64,000 nt of DNA from Lama glama (lineage: Eukaryota): the NCBI GenBank assembly GCA_028534125.1, contig CM052816.1, positions 61,754,001-61,818,000 on the forward strand. Direction: 5' to 3'. Made by a program: the position numbers and the translations under genes. Below are positions 24,791-38,068 of the stretch, one piece after another; positions within the stretch are counted from its first letter, which is position 1; every line of letters begins with the position of its first letter. Under the pieces are notes generated by a model. The model was not told the DNA's origin and did no database searches. It saw nothing but the letters and a program-made list of their open reading frames with translations.

Positions 24791-26974
24791 TTGATATCAG
24801 ATTTCCATTTCAGAGTTCTGTTTAGTCCCAGAAAGGAGCTGAATCCAAGTTGAAGAGTTGGGGTAGTGTTGGTGAGAAAAAGTTAGGGAGTGAATGGTAG
24901 TCAATGCTAAAAGATGCAGAGTATTTATTTTGAAAAGTCACATCTTACATATTTGGAGTTGTTTCAGTTTGGTTATTCATAGTCTGAGATCTTAGTATGG
25001 CCATGGTATCTTAAAATCAACCTGAGAATTAGGTAGAGGGCATAATAAACCGAATTAGTGGATCTAGAGGATAATTAGGTTCTAAATTTTATTTTAATAA
25101 ATGATTCGTACTTTTTCAGAATCATTTAAAAGGAAACTGGTATAGTTTTGTTAATACAGCCAGCCTTCACATTTTAGCAGTGTCTCTAAAGTGCTGACCA
25201 ACTTGGTTTGAGGAGATTGGCAATGACTTGTAAACCATGTCGTCCTTGTGACATGGGCTTGGGAGTCCAGTGAGGGAAGAGTGAAGGAAATGACCAAGCA
25301 TCCTTTGGAGGATGATGACAGAAATCCACGTAGGAAAATAATCACACCTTAGGGATCTTGGAGGGTCTGCAAGCACTACTGATTACTCACCAGTTGTAAG
25401 ATCTCCCAACATTAATCCATCTTGGCAGTGGGAAGGACATTACCAAACAGCTACATCGCCTGCTGGCTTCTTCTAAACTCTTGGCTGGAAAAGAAAACAA
25501 GTGAATATTAACTCTGGAAGATGGAATTGTTTCCTGTATGGAGTCTACCTCATGGAGGTCCTTCAGGTAAGTAACCCAGGATTTGAAATTTTATTTTTCT
25601 GTTGACCACATTCCAACAAATTCTGAAGAATCTAAGTCCTGTCTTGGAAGCAGTTTCCTTAAAGCTTAACCAGACTCATGGCAGACCAGTGACCACCAAG
25701 ATTATTTTTTAGCCTTATGTTTTAAATGCTATAGAAATGTCAAACTTTGCCCTATCATATTGGATGAGAAGGAAGAAAAAACTTCTTGTTTCTTGAAGGT
25801 GCTGTAACATTTTTGGTTCAATGTTTACTTAACTTCCAGCACATAAACTTCACTTGCCGAAGAACGAAACGAAACAAAGCTCTTTTCCCCTGTTGGTGGG
25901 ATACGTTTTACTTAGAGACTGTGAGGATGACATGGGCTAGAAGGCTGAGGGAGCTAGCCTTCAGGTACAAGCAGAGGCTGGAAGACTTTTTTGGCCACTA
26001 TGGATTTTGAGACAGCTGCCTCTTCTTTATGTGGTACTTGATGGGATTATTAGAAAAAAAAATTCCCATTATTAACCAGTAAACCTCAGGAGACACTGAA
26101 TGTCTTGGATATTTGAAGGAACGCAAGAGAAAGAGGTAACCATGCTGTTCTAGCATATTACTAAGCCTTGTTAGCAGAGAGGACTTTCTTTGAAGAGAGG
26201 TACTAAACACATACCCCATGTTATGCATACAGAAAGAGTTCACCCAGAGGCCAGAGACAGGTTATGGACCACATCTGAATGTCATCCAGGAGCTTGATTC
26301 ATCCCAGCTCCAAAGGTCATGAGGACCTCGTTCTGAAACCTGGGACTATCGCCAGCCTGTGGAGAGACACTTTAGCTATTCATATAGCTCATAGGCCTGG
26401 GAAAAGTGTCTTTTTTCCAGAACTTGCTGGGTGGCCATTGTAGTGTAGGTCTGAATCATCTTCCTCTGAATGCTGCAGAAGGTTGAGGGCCAGAGCCAGA
26501 GGGCTGTGGACAATGTCCAGAGAGCCCTGGACAATGAGGCTCAGAAGTCTCTAGTTTTTTTAGAGTCTGAACTTCTAGGTCTATTTCCTGAACAAGCCAT
26601 GGGCCTCTGCCGGTGAGATGGAACGTCATATGGCCCTAGTCACAGATTATTGTCTTGTCACTAAATCTGCTAGCCTGTGCCGGAAGTTGTACAGGAAGCC
26701 AAGTATTTGACTGGAGTATCTGCTGTGGGAAACGGTGAGGTGGTACCGGCTAAGTCGTCAAGAACAGGCAGCACTTTTCGCCTCTACCTGTTAAATGCTT
26801 GGGCTCCAAAGGCCATTTTATGTTACTAGTGACCAGATTCTTCAGAACTAGAGTCTAAGAACAGAGACCACAGAAAACAGGAGCAGAACAAAAATTGCTG
26901 GTAGGAAAGGGAGAGAGTCAGGATGAAAAGAGGGAGGGGAGAGTGCCAGGAAGGTGGTGCTCATGGTGCTTTCC

Positions 26975-27605
26975 TGTTGGGCCCGGACGAGAGCCGTCCT
27001 GCCCGGTGTTGCTCTGGCCAACAGAAGGAGACCGAGTTTGGTTCAGAAGCAAAGGACAGCTTTATTCTTTGATCAGAGAGTGGAGAGGTGGGAGCTTTTG
27101 CTCTGAAGCACACTGTCTCCCCACTTGCTGTGGGCGGGGTGCCCTGTAGGGATCTGGTCAGCGGGGAGGGGGTGGAGTTCTCGTGAGGTGAGCTCAGGGG
27201 GCCTGCTCATGTTCCAGATCGCAATGCAGGCACAGCCTCTCTGCACGTGGCCCACCACCGCTGTCTTTTTTTTTTTTTTAATTATATTTATTTTTCTTTT
27301 CAATTTTTTTGGGGGGGAGTTAATTAGGTTTATTTTCAGAGGAGGTACTGGGGATTGAACCCAGGACCCTGTGTATGCTAAGCATGCACTCTACCACTTG
27401 AGCTATACCTTCCCTGCTCCCCACCGTCTTGAATTGCGATGGTCCACACAGTGCTTCTCCCCGGGGCTGCTGAGTAGGGGTGTCAGCTCAGTGATTCTGT
27501 GCTGGGAACTCTCATCCCACGTGTTAGATGCAAGGCCTCTGCACGCGACCCCATACAGGCAAGTGAAACTAGACTAAGCGCAAAGGAAGAGCTTAGACCT
27601 CATCA
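26975..27605 (-). mobile_element. Probable ERV solo LTR, interrupted by a SINE
   Basis: TG...CA-bounded GC/CpG-rich block; minus-strand AATAAA (tttatt 27061-27066) about 85 nt from the end; no adjacent PBS/PPT seen. Family not identified. Confidence 0.5.
27266..27420 (-). mobile_element. Camelid tRNA-Ala-derived SINE (Vic-1 type)
   Basis: Reverse complement 'ggtatagctcaagtggtagagtgcatgcttagcatacacagggtcctgggttcaatccccagtacctc' + 'aaataaacctaattaactccccccc' + A tail. Confidence 0.85.
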
Positions 27606-29269
27606 CCTGGATTTAATCTCATTTTTTCTGGGGACCTTAAGGGGCTTTGCCGGTGACAGTAGGTATGAATTTGGCAGGAAGAATTTCATGCATGGACTTT
27701 GAGAGAGCAGTTACAGTTTCCGTAGGGCTCCAGGGAGCATTTGGGCCGGGCTTGCACGTGGAGGTGGCCGACAGTGAAGAGGGAGCCTTGCTGTTGAGCT
27801 TTGCACAAGGGCACCACGTCTCCGGGGACGTGATTCACATCATAAGCGACACAGGTTTGACGTTTGATATGGTGACCTTTCTTGCAGATGTGGTAAAGTG
27901 TCTTGTTCAAAGAAAACCAGTATGTTAGCACAGTTTCTGACATATGGAAGCGAAGTGTTTTGGGGCATGGGTGCCTTTTTCTGATTCACACAGAGGCACC
28001 CGTGGGCTAGCAATGGCCCTGAGGAGGAAAGCACAGTACTGGAAACCGTTCCATGCCATGGATGATGCTAATGCGGTAGAATCCATGGAAGACTCTAAGG
28101 AGAATCTGTCTATTTCTTACCCTTATCAATACTGTGGTTAAGATGGAGGCATTGAAGGTTAGTGTTTTTATGTGGAGGAAGAAAAGAGGATCACTGGAAT
28201 TGAATCTTTCTGTTTTAACATGTATCAGAACAAAAGGACTTTATCTGTTCTGAAAATTCTTAAGGGTTTTCTTTTGCAGTCCTGTCTTGTCCCTCCCACT
28301 AGAGCGCAAGACCGCTTCCCGTGGTTGCTAGATGAGATTTGAAAGTGGCAGGAGAATGGTAAATGGGAAAGAATCATTACTTAAGTCAGAACCACTTGAC
28401 TTACATATGAAACCCTTGATTGTTTCAAGACCATCATTCAAAGCACAATAAAAGTAAGTTTGATCTTCAGTTGTGACACCTTAGGTAATGAAAAGCTTCT
28501 AACAAAATCCTTCCGTTTTACTCTCTTTCCTATATCCTTGGGAGAAGATTTAGGAGAATAAGTTGAGTTTAAGGCAGATGGAACCATGGTATCAGAGAAA
28601 AAAGAAAATCCACTAATCTTTCTTGTAGTAGAATGAATACTACCTCCAAAGGGGGTGCCTAAGGGATTATATGCAGAGAACAAACACTCTAGTCTTTGAT
28701 GTTATGATGGGGACATTTCACTGCTTAACCTTTTGAGTTACTAGTTTGCTATCTACCAACTTTGAGGTATTTCTTCTACAAAGATGGCTGTGGGAAGGTT
28801 GTATTCAAACACAGGTGGATAAATCGCCCATTGTTTCAGTGAACTCAACTGTTTTTTTTCCATCTGATAAATAGGTGACTCACTTAGCCTTGGAGCACTA
28901 GAATGACTTACCAAGATCATTAATTACATTTTCCCATTATGTAAACATTGTGTTCGGAAAGGGCTGTGGTGGGCAGTGCTGTGAAATGAGGACAGACAAG
29001 CTGTTCTGCTTACCTTCTGGGCTTCTAAGTTTATTGCATAGGGTTACTTGACTTTATGCAGTTTCTATGAAAATCTGCATATCCAAGAACACAGTGAATT
29101 TACTTAGGAGCTTATTACCTAAAGGAATAATTAAGTGATGGGTAAGAAAAAATATTTTAATCTTATTTTACCGTTTTAGATTTGCATGTTTAGTAGAGGC
29201 TTTTCATTCTCTAGCTTTCTGCTTTAGGGCAGCATCTAAGTCTGATTTTCAGAAAACAGACATTGGAAT

Positions 29270-29430
29270 TAGTTGGGAGAGCTTGTTAAAAATCAAACAA
29301 ACAAAAAACCCCCAGCAAATTCTTGGGCTCCCACCCCAGATCAACAGGCTTGTCATTTCTGAGGCCTGGGAAACTGATTTTAACAAGTTTCCTGACCCTT
29401 CCACCTCCTCCAGGGTGATTTGGAAACACA
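29270..29430. mobile_element. MER5-like hAT DNA transposon
   Basis: 'gggagagcttgttaaaaat...attcttgggctcccaccccaga...ttttaacaag..ggtgatt'. Confidence 0.55.
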
Positions 29431-30110
29431 TTTATATATTTATGGTTTCATGTTCCATGTTGTTTCTCTGGTGCGGGGAGGGGGAAGGATTGGGAGAGTT
29501 GGTAGGGGGAGAGAGATTGATTGATTCTCAGTTTTGTACCACACCATGAGCAAAGAGAGTAACCGCTGTTGAAGGTTCTTTCTTTGTTGGAATGAACAGA
29601 AGGCAGTTCAAGAAACCTGGGGTGTATGTTTGTAAAGGGCACAAAACCGGTTGTGTGGGCTGATAAGCCTGGGGCTGAAAATATTTGAAACTGCAGATTT
29701 GCAAAACCCTGAATTGCAAGGTTATTTAGAATTTTTTTTTTAATAAGTGGGCACACACTATCATACGACTATCATAGTTTGAAGCCTAGTGAATTGGAAT
29801 TTGTGACTATTTATAAATAGAAACTTGATTCTTATCAAATAAGATATTTGAAATTTAAAAAAAAGTCTGCAAAATATCTAAACCAAGTGAACAAATCCAA
29901 GGTTTCATAAATGAAGGATTTTTTGAAAAATAGAAATTCTTGAATTCAGCCATTAATTGTGCCTTTTAACAGGCTTTTATGATACCAATCTGTCAGGTAA
30001 TACAGGTACTGTATAATTTCTCTTAATCTCATCTAACTTATTCATACCCCAATACATCTTAGTTTACATTATATGCTGTATAAAAGTAAATGCGGGGCAG
30101 GTAGAGTGGT

Positions 30111-30240
30111 GGTGGAGAGTGTAGCTCAGTGGTAGAGTGCAAGCCTAGCATGCATAAGGTCCTGGGTTCAATCCCCAGCACCTCCATTAAAAATAAACAA
30201 ACTAATTACCTACCCCCCCACAAAATAAAGTTTTTATTAA
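30111..30240 (+). mobile_element. Camelid tRNA-Ala-derived SINE (Vic-1 type)
   Basis: A box 'tagctcagtggtaga', B box 'gggttcaatccc', tail 'aaacaaactaattacctacccccccacaaaataa'. Confidence 0.85.
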
Positions 30241-30639
30241 AGTAAGTAACATTGAAGTATTGTCTTAGACTTTTCACGAAGTTGTGTCTACCTGACAACT
30301 TCCCAACCCTTTCATGAAGTTGGACTTGAACAGAAATCCGTTTAATTCAGGTGGCTCGCAAATGATTAGGGAACCTTATACGAGAGTTGTGTTTGTGGTC
30401 TCCAGGTTCCCTCTGCCTGGGCCTGGCTGTGGCCTCTGGATGGAGGTTGAGGGGAGGGGGCTCTTGGGGATGCCTTCTTGGTTTACTAGTGTGGTGAGGC
30501 TGACGGCAGCTGCTTTCCCAGGCCTCCAGGCTTCCAGCCTTGGGGTGATGTGCATTCACTCCCTTGTCTAGCCCATCATGACTTCCTGTTCTTTTTCTGT
30601 AATGTTTTTCAGATCCACTCCTTCCTGTTGCATTCCCAA

Positions 30640-30910
30640 GCCCAGTTCTGGTCCAGGCTCTAATTACCTCACACACACCTGCACTCTCCTAACATCCTCT
30701 TTCCTGTCTACAACTTTTCCTCTCACCGTTATTTTTTTTTTCCCTTTCCTTCACATAGTTGTTAGAATCCTCTTCCTTAAGCATCATTTCCATCACACTC
30801 CTCCTCTAGCAGCTCCCAGTTGCATCAAATCCAAGCTCCAGGTCTCTGCTTCAAAGCCCCCTCTCACTGCCTGGACCATTATCTTCTTTACAGCTGGACT
30901 TCACTCCAGC
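30640..30910 (+). mobile_element. L2 fragment
   Basis: 'ctggtccaggctctaattacctc...catcacactcctc...aaatccaagctcc'. Confidence 0.55.
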
Positions 30911-31429
30911 CAAGCAAACGTCCTGACACTATGTCTATACACTGCTACAACATCTGGTTAATACAGTCAGCTATGTCAGATCTTCAGTTAATCATCTGGA
31001 TGTTTTGTCTACAAGATGCCAAACATCTGGATTGACTGAAGAAATCCACTACATTGATGGAGGCTTTAAAAAAAAAACTGAATTAACCAGATGTTTTGGC
31101 ATTATGTAGACATGTCACTGTCTCCTACATTTGTCTTAGTGGCTTGTCTGCATAACATTCTCTCCACCTGGAACCTGACCTCTGTCCTCGAGGCCATGCT
31201 CTTTCTTCTTTTCATGTTATGGTCAGAGTTCCCTCTACCACAAAGCAGTTCTAGATTAATCCCACTAAACCACAATCTTGATTCATTCTATCACTCACTT
31301 AGTTTTCTATGCATAGAATTCCTTACAATTGAAATCGCTGTGTTTTGTGTTTTTATTCTGGGGTGTGAGTCTCTGTCCCTACCCACCGGATTACAAACTC
31401 TATTGGGAAATATAAGGTCTGGCTTATGT

Positions 31430-31680
31430 ACCGAGAGGCATGGTAGTCCGGTGGTCAACTGAAACTCTGGATTCCGTCTTGTTTTAAAATCCAGCTGCTC
31501 TGCTTCCTGTGTGACCTGGACAAATTATTTAGCTTTGCTAAGTCTCCTCATTTCAATAGAGATAATAATAGAGCTTGCCTCATAGAGTTGTTTATAAGAA
31601 TTAAAATAGTTAATACAGATTAAGTGCTTAGAAGAGTGTCTGGTTTAAAAGAAGTATCCATTAAATATTAGCTCTTATTG
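31430..31680 (+). mobile_element. MIR SINE
   Basis: 'tgtgtgacctggacaaattattta...gataataatag...cctcatagagttgtt..aagtgcttagaagagtgtctgg'. Confidence 0.75.
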
Positions 31681-32224
31681 TTATAAGCTCTGTGAATGCC
31701 TGGTTTTCTTGTGTATTCTTTCTTTTGCCTGTGACATCTAGATAGGTGAGGTGGCTGTTGCTGTTCCCATGAGAGAGAAGACTGATATTAAGAGGTTAAA
31801 TCATTTTCCTGTTAAATCTGTTGCAGGTCTGAAGCCTTAATAAGCCTTGCTTTCCACACAGTACATGTTGGCCCTAGGTTCCTTCTAGTTTCAGGAATTG
31901 AAATGTTGCTGTCTATAAAGAGCAGGTACTCAAGGAAGCCTTTTGGTAGAAGTGTGTTTTCCTGCAGACCAGGGTTTTCCCAAGAATGGTCTTTGGAGCT
32001 CTTCCACCTGTGACAAGTGTCTTATGTTAAAATGAGAAAAAGATAATGTAGTAAGGTTTTCCTAAAGCTAACTTTATTTAAGTGTTACAGCTGTCTGTGA
32101 ACTGAGGTTGTATCCTTCCTTCATTTTAACTGTAAAAATGTCCTGACTTTATGAAGTGATGGTGATATTAAATGATAAAGCATGGAATGGCCCTGTATTG
32201 GACCTTGTTGGGGGAGGGTGCTGG

Positions 32225-33280
32225 TTTATTCATTCATTCAGCAAATGTTCATTTTGTGTCTCCTACTTGTTAGGCATGGTTCTAGGCACTGGATCCGTAG
32301 TAAACAAAACTTACAAAAATCCTGGTCCTTGTGGAGGGCATTCTAGGCTAGGAGATGGATGATAAATAAGTAATTAAACCTACGTAAGGCTCAGTTTTCT
32401 TATCTGTAAAGTGGTCATTAGAGTCTGTACTAACCAGAGAGTTGTTTGTGAGAGTGAAGTAAGTTAATAAGACAGAGTGCTTAGGAGTTCATAGTGCCAC
32501 TGAATATAACTGGATAGGGAGATGAAAAGAGTCCGAACATGTGCGGGTGGGGACGGGTTGCAATATTAAAATAGAGTGGTTACTGTAGAACTTCCTGAGA
32601 AGGTGCCACTTGAGCAGACCTGAAGGAGCTGAGGGAGTTGGCCAGTTGGACACCTGGGGGATGAGTGTTCTGTGTAGAGAAATTGGCCAGTGCAGAGCAC
32701 CCGAGATGGACCACTCCTAGTGCATTTGATGAAGTGCGGAAAAGATGGGTGTGGAGAGCGATGGGGAGCCTGGTAAGGGAGGAGGTCAGAGGTTGAGGGG
32801 AGGGCGTGCTGGTTATCTAGAGCCTCCTAGATCATTCTAAGGATGTGGGCTTTTACTGTGAATGAAATGGGGAGCCACTGAAGGATTTTGAGCAGAGAAG
32901 TGTAACAATGTGATTTATGTTTTAAAAGATCTCACTTGGCTGTTATGTTGCTAATAAATTTGGGGAAACAAGGGCGAAAGCAGGGAGGTTGGTTAGAGCA
33001 CTTCTAGAGTAGTCTGCATGGAAGACTAGTACTGCAGAGTGGCCAATAACGGTGAAATTCTGGACATATTCTGAAGGTAGAGCCAACAGATTATCATAAA
33101 GGACTGATGCAGGGTGTGAGACAAATATAGGAATCCAAACTACTTGGCCTGAGCAACTGGAAAACCGCACTGCCAATCGCAAAGATGGGGGGAAAGTGCA
33201 GGTGAAGGCAGTCTGGTGGAGGCAGGGCTGGCGAGTGTAGATGAGTTCAGTGTTGGACATGCCAGGTTTGATGGGACATA
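32225..33280 (-). mobile_element. L2 fragments (with a short MIR at about 32390-32500)
   Basis: 'attcattcattcagcaaatgtt', 'gagaaggtgccacttgagcagacctgaagg', 'ggagccactgaaggattttgagcagaga', 'gagttcagtgttggacatg'. Confidence 0.75.
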
Positions 33281-34487
33281 AAACCCACGTGATGGACGTT
33301 AGGATACTTCAGTCAGAAATACACCCAGGCCTCACATAATATCATGTGCAACTTTTCTAAATTAATTCAAAAATCACTTGTGGAATTCTTTGGTTGCTTG
33401 GGAGATAGTGCCCATTCTTAATCAGTCTATTCATTTATATCAATAATGTAATATAACTTAAGAACAGAGATAAAATGGTCACAATCCTTCTACCCTAAAT
33501 AAAATGTTCCCTCAAAAATTGCAAATTAAAGAACAGTTTATGCACATCACACAAAAAAGAGGAAACTCACAAACTTTAAGTTTACTCATAACCAGTGAGA
33601 ATTCACCACAGAATATATACTTAGTCATTTATTTTCAGTACATGCCCTTCATTTCAAATATATTGTTATTAAAGCATTTGAATATTATAATAAAGCTTCA
33701 GAAGATAAATGGGAAAGTCACTTGGGAATTCTCTGCTCTCAACGTTATCCTGATTATTAACAAAGTGCTGGAACTTTTGCAGTGATTATTGTTTTTGGTG
33801 TTGTGAGAATGAGAAAATAACAATTTTCTGAAAGAATAAGAACACCTTCTTTTTGACTGGTGCTGTGAAGAAAGCCTCCAGAAGATGTTTTTGCTGATCA
33901 AATAGCATGAATTCATATCATGAGCTAAACTTAAAGGGATAATTCCCAGCAGATGTGGAAGAGAGAGACCAGATTCCTGTCTGCATTTCATTTAGAAGCC
34001 AGTCTTCTCTTCAGGTAGGATTCTCTATTTCTAACCCCAAATGCCTTCCAAAAAAACTGATGAATTTATACATTATCAGTGATAGGGAACAATTCAAAGA
34101 AAAACTATAATTAGATCTCCTTCCTTCTTCCTTTCTCGTGCCTTTTTTTTTTTTTCCTGTGAGATTTGGACTAAATTGAGGCAAAAGCAAAAGGAAGAAA
34201 TGTGAGCCAAGTGACTTTGGAAAACTCCATCAACAGAGAATCTAAAGATACAAACTAGTGATAAAAAGTATAGGGTGCAGACGATGCTACAACTTAAATG
34301 TTGCTACAGCTTCACCCAATCATGTAAAGTAATCACATAAAACAAATACTCTTGAAGATTGTGGCCTTGAAAAAAGGTTAAAACCCTTTGTGAGTTCTTA
34401 TAGTGCCAGTGCAAGAGTTACTATGGAAGCTTTTAGCAACAATGAAACAGAATGGGGAAAACGACCAGTTGTATCCTGGACCTACTT

Positions 34488-34597
34488 TTGGTGGCTTGAA
34501 ATCAGTTATGGTGAGAGTATTTATACCACAGAAATCCTACAAGTCAGGGCTTTCCTTTCTGTTTTTTTTAGGAAGCCAGTTTATCAGCGCACCACTG
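34488..34597. mobile_element. MER63-like hAT DNA transposon fragment
   Basis: 'ggtggcttgaaatcagttatggtgagagtatttataccacagaaat..tacaagtcagggct...tttatcagcgcaccactg'. Confidence 0.6.
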
Positions 34598-36499
34598 AAA
34601 ACAACTCCGCACAGGGATGAGCAAAACCCTTAGCACCTGTGACAAAGATTTTCATGCATGGCTTTGTCAAGGAAGATTTTGGGGAATAAATGAGTGTTCT
34701 TTCTACCAGCAAGGGACTTCTAACATCCATCTTAGTAAGATTTGGTGTTGTATTGTTTCTCTAGGAACTCAAATTTCATCAAACCCCCCTATTAGAAAGA
34801 ATTTCTCTAAAGTATGGCTCCTGTTTCAGTTCTCTGCATTAAAATCTAACAGGAGAAAGGAGATAACATATATGGGACAGGAAAACATCCTGGTTTCTAG
34901 TAATTAGAAGTGGTACCACCTGATAAACTGTAGAGTCACTGGAATGGAGTTAAAGTCATGGAGAAACCAGACTTTTTTTTTTTTTTTGTGAATGACGGCG
35001 TTAAAGAATGTAACCCCTCTTAACTTCTCTACACCCCGTACATACAAATTGCTTATACTGATAGAACCCTCAATGGTAACTCACTTCACACATTCATTTT
35101 CTTTCTTGTTATCACTAAGATTAAACAGCATGTTGGGGCAATATTTGCATTTATCTAACCTTTTCCATTCAGGCCCCAGTGATACCACAGAACAGGTTTA
35201 TGTACCTCACACGTCAGATCCTATCAAGAAACTTGGTAGTGACAGTTTGATAAGGACACCATAGCTTATTGAACTTGTTCTAAAAACAACAGCAGTGAAC
35301 CACTCATCTCCTCACACGTTTTAATGACCTTGTTCTAGGGTGTCCCCATTTTTAGATGCAGCAGATGCACTATGGCTGTGTGGCCTCGGAGCTGCGGGCC
35401 TGGGATAACGTGTGCTTTGATATTATACCACTCAAAAATTCTCAAGAGATCTGTATTTCCTTCAATTACCTATTGAGAAAGGAGAGGTCTAGAGTTAGTT
35501 TTAACTTTCACCTTGCCAAAAGTTTCAACCAAAGTGAAAAAATAGCTTGTCAGAAAATGAGAAAAAAGAGCTGCCAGGAGTTGTTTTTCTGTCTGCTCTC
35601 CAGAATGCCCGGCACAGCCGTAGACAGTGAACAGGAAGGCTGACAGACTTCGCTGTCTCAGGATAACATCCCTAGGGTTAGCACATAGAGGAACATAAGC
35701 TCAATATAAATATAAAATTAGAGTGAACTATAAAGGGTAATTTTCTTATCTGTTTTCATTTTTTTGTCTTTGAACTTTCTTTTGCATTTCACGTGGCACA
35801 AACATGCTCTTGTGAAATTTCCAAAGACTTGACTATAAGCACATTTAATACCATATATAACAGATAATTAAACCATATTCTTAAGCTTTTGAAAAATTAT
35901 TATTGCTATAATTCAGTTAAATTCAAAGTGGGTTTTATTATCATGGTGGAATTCTTCTAGTAAGATTCTAATCTTGCTAGAATTTCAGATCTTTCGGCTC
36001 CTTGCAATTAAAGCAGGAAAAGGAACATTCAGCCAACCTGAGGTTTTAATTTTGTTGTTCAGTTATCTTTCTAAACTTACAAACATTACTCTTCTAGTTG
36101 TGTCCCAGAGGCCTGGGGCTCTCTCTGTCCTTGGGATGAGACCACACTGGTTAAGGGGACACATTCTAGGAGGAATGGTAGAGAAACCTATGGGGTACTT
36201 CAGCACAAACAGATTCAGTGTTTGTCTTGAAACCAACAGAGACTTTGTGAGTTTAGAAAACATTTTGCTTTGTGACCATCTGAAATACAATTGATATTAT
36301 TGTGGTGAGGGAAAGACAGAGCACATTTCCAAACACTGGCTTATTTTTTGGTGGTTTTGCGTCTGTTCCCCAGGACACCTTTATCATATCCCTCTCCTCC
36401 TCTCTGAAACTGTCTCCTACTTCTGAAGCCAAAAAGAAAGGTGTTAGTATTGAGAGACCTTCTGTCTTCTCACATCAGATTCTAGCTATGATGATAAAT

Positions 36500-37190
36500 A
36501 ACAAATTATGAAATATTTCAGTTATACCACAGTGTATAGAGAACAATATAAAGATTGATTACCCAACATCTGTATTAAGACATAAAATATTACAAACACA
36601 AGTGAAGCGCCCTGTGTATTCCTTCTGCCTCCTCAGAGGTAGCCACTATTTTTATAGGCATTTTTATACTTTTACTATATGTGTTCATCCACAAACAATA
36701 TATAATGCTGAGCTGAGTGTTTAGAATTCTTATAGAGGTGGTTTCCTTTTTTCATATTATTTTTAAAGCTAATGCCCACAGCTCTGGTTTACTGATCTTC
36801 ACCACTACAGTGTATTCCATAGTATGGATATACAGTAACTTATTTATCCATTTTTTGGTTGATGCTTTAATGGATATTTAGTACAGGTCTCCTTGAGCAG
36901 TGTGTGAGAATTTCTTTAGGGGACAGACCTAGGATTAGAAATTTTGGATCACTGGATATGAACATCTTTGACTTCACTAGATATTGCCAGTCTCCAAAGA
37001 TTGAATCACCAGCAGTGAAGCCAGCAGCCTGTTTAACAAGCCCTCTCTGATCCAAGTTTCAGATCCAGTAATCTGGATTGGGGTGGTGGTGGTGGGTAGT
37101 GTGGAAAAAATTTGCATTTCTAACATGTCCTTCAGTGCTGCCGCCACTGCTGTAGTATAGTATCTGGGACTACGATTTGAGAGCAAGTGC
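36500..37190 (-). mobile_element. Old L1ME-type fragment plus MER5-like element (about 37050-37190)
   Basis: 'tattccatagtatggatatacagtaacttatttatccatt', 'gaatttctttaggg'; 'tttgcatttctaacatgtcc..gtgctgccgccactgctg'. Confidence 0.6.
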
Positions 37191-37877
37191 TCTAGAGAAT
37201 GCCTGTTGGATTCTATTTCAAAAGAGAGAGCCGATGAGGCATTATCTGAAAAAACGTGGCTGGTGGGAATTAGGTAACTGAAAGTTAGCCTGTGGTATAA
37301 TTTTGGCATTCAGTATAGATAATATACAGTAAATAACCAGCATGACTGATTGACATAAAAGGCTAACGTTACATTCTTAGTGAGTTCTCTTGCCAGACTG
37401 GGACCCCTGCATGCTCTCCTGCTGTTGCTGTGCTGAGAGGGGGAGGGGAATGGGCAGGTGGCTTGGTGTCAGGCCAGGGTGAGCAATAAGCTGGGCTGAC
37501 CTTACTTGTGGTGTGTTGAGTGTCTTGACTGCAACAGTAAAACCCAGGCATGGGCCTAGATTCAGGTGTGAATATTCACTTAGGGGTTCCTTAAGATTTA
37601 ACTCATGAGACTATTGAGTCTTACTGATGGGGCTATTTTTAGATATTTATATGCAAAAGAGAACATCAATCTTTATATTATATAATTCTGAAATTATATT
37701 TCAAAGTTAGTACTGTGGTAACAGAATGGCAAGAAGGTTTCTTTCAAACATTCTTTCTGTAAGAACTTCTTACAAAAAAATCCTGAAAATGAAGCCGTCA
37801 CACATTTAAGGGTAAAAAGACACAGATAGGTTTGCACATCTGCAAATGGTTAACATGTAAACTGGAAGGAAAGTGAT

Positions 37878-37883
37878 TTTATT
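37878..37883 (-). terminator. CWC27: Distal polyadenylation signal AATAAA of CWC27
   Basis: tttatt on + strand, about 235 nt after the stop. Confidence 0.8.
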
Positions 37884-38068
37884 TGCGATTTAGCAATGTA
37901 AAAGGTCAATTGGGGGGAAAAGGTACCAGTAACAAAAAGCATTTGCTTACTTATGTCACAGTTTACGTAACAAGATAACTGTTTTTCAAAACCAGACAAC
38001 AGGTTCAAAAATACCCCTCTTCACACCCGTAAGCGATGCTGTCGGGAACAACGGCTGCTCGGAGGCCA

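Noticed and set aside
27647..28141. Overlapping ORFs, including a Cys/His-rich 85-aa minus-strand ORF
   Set aside because: No recognisable homology or splice structure; ORFs on both strands fit chance in GC-richer DNA.
30111..30186. tRNA-Ala-like sequence (also 27340-27414, minus)
   Set aside because: Both carry the SINE-specific tail and stem mismatches, so they are tRNA-derived SINEs rather than tRNA genes.
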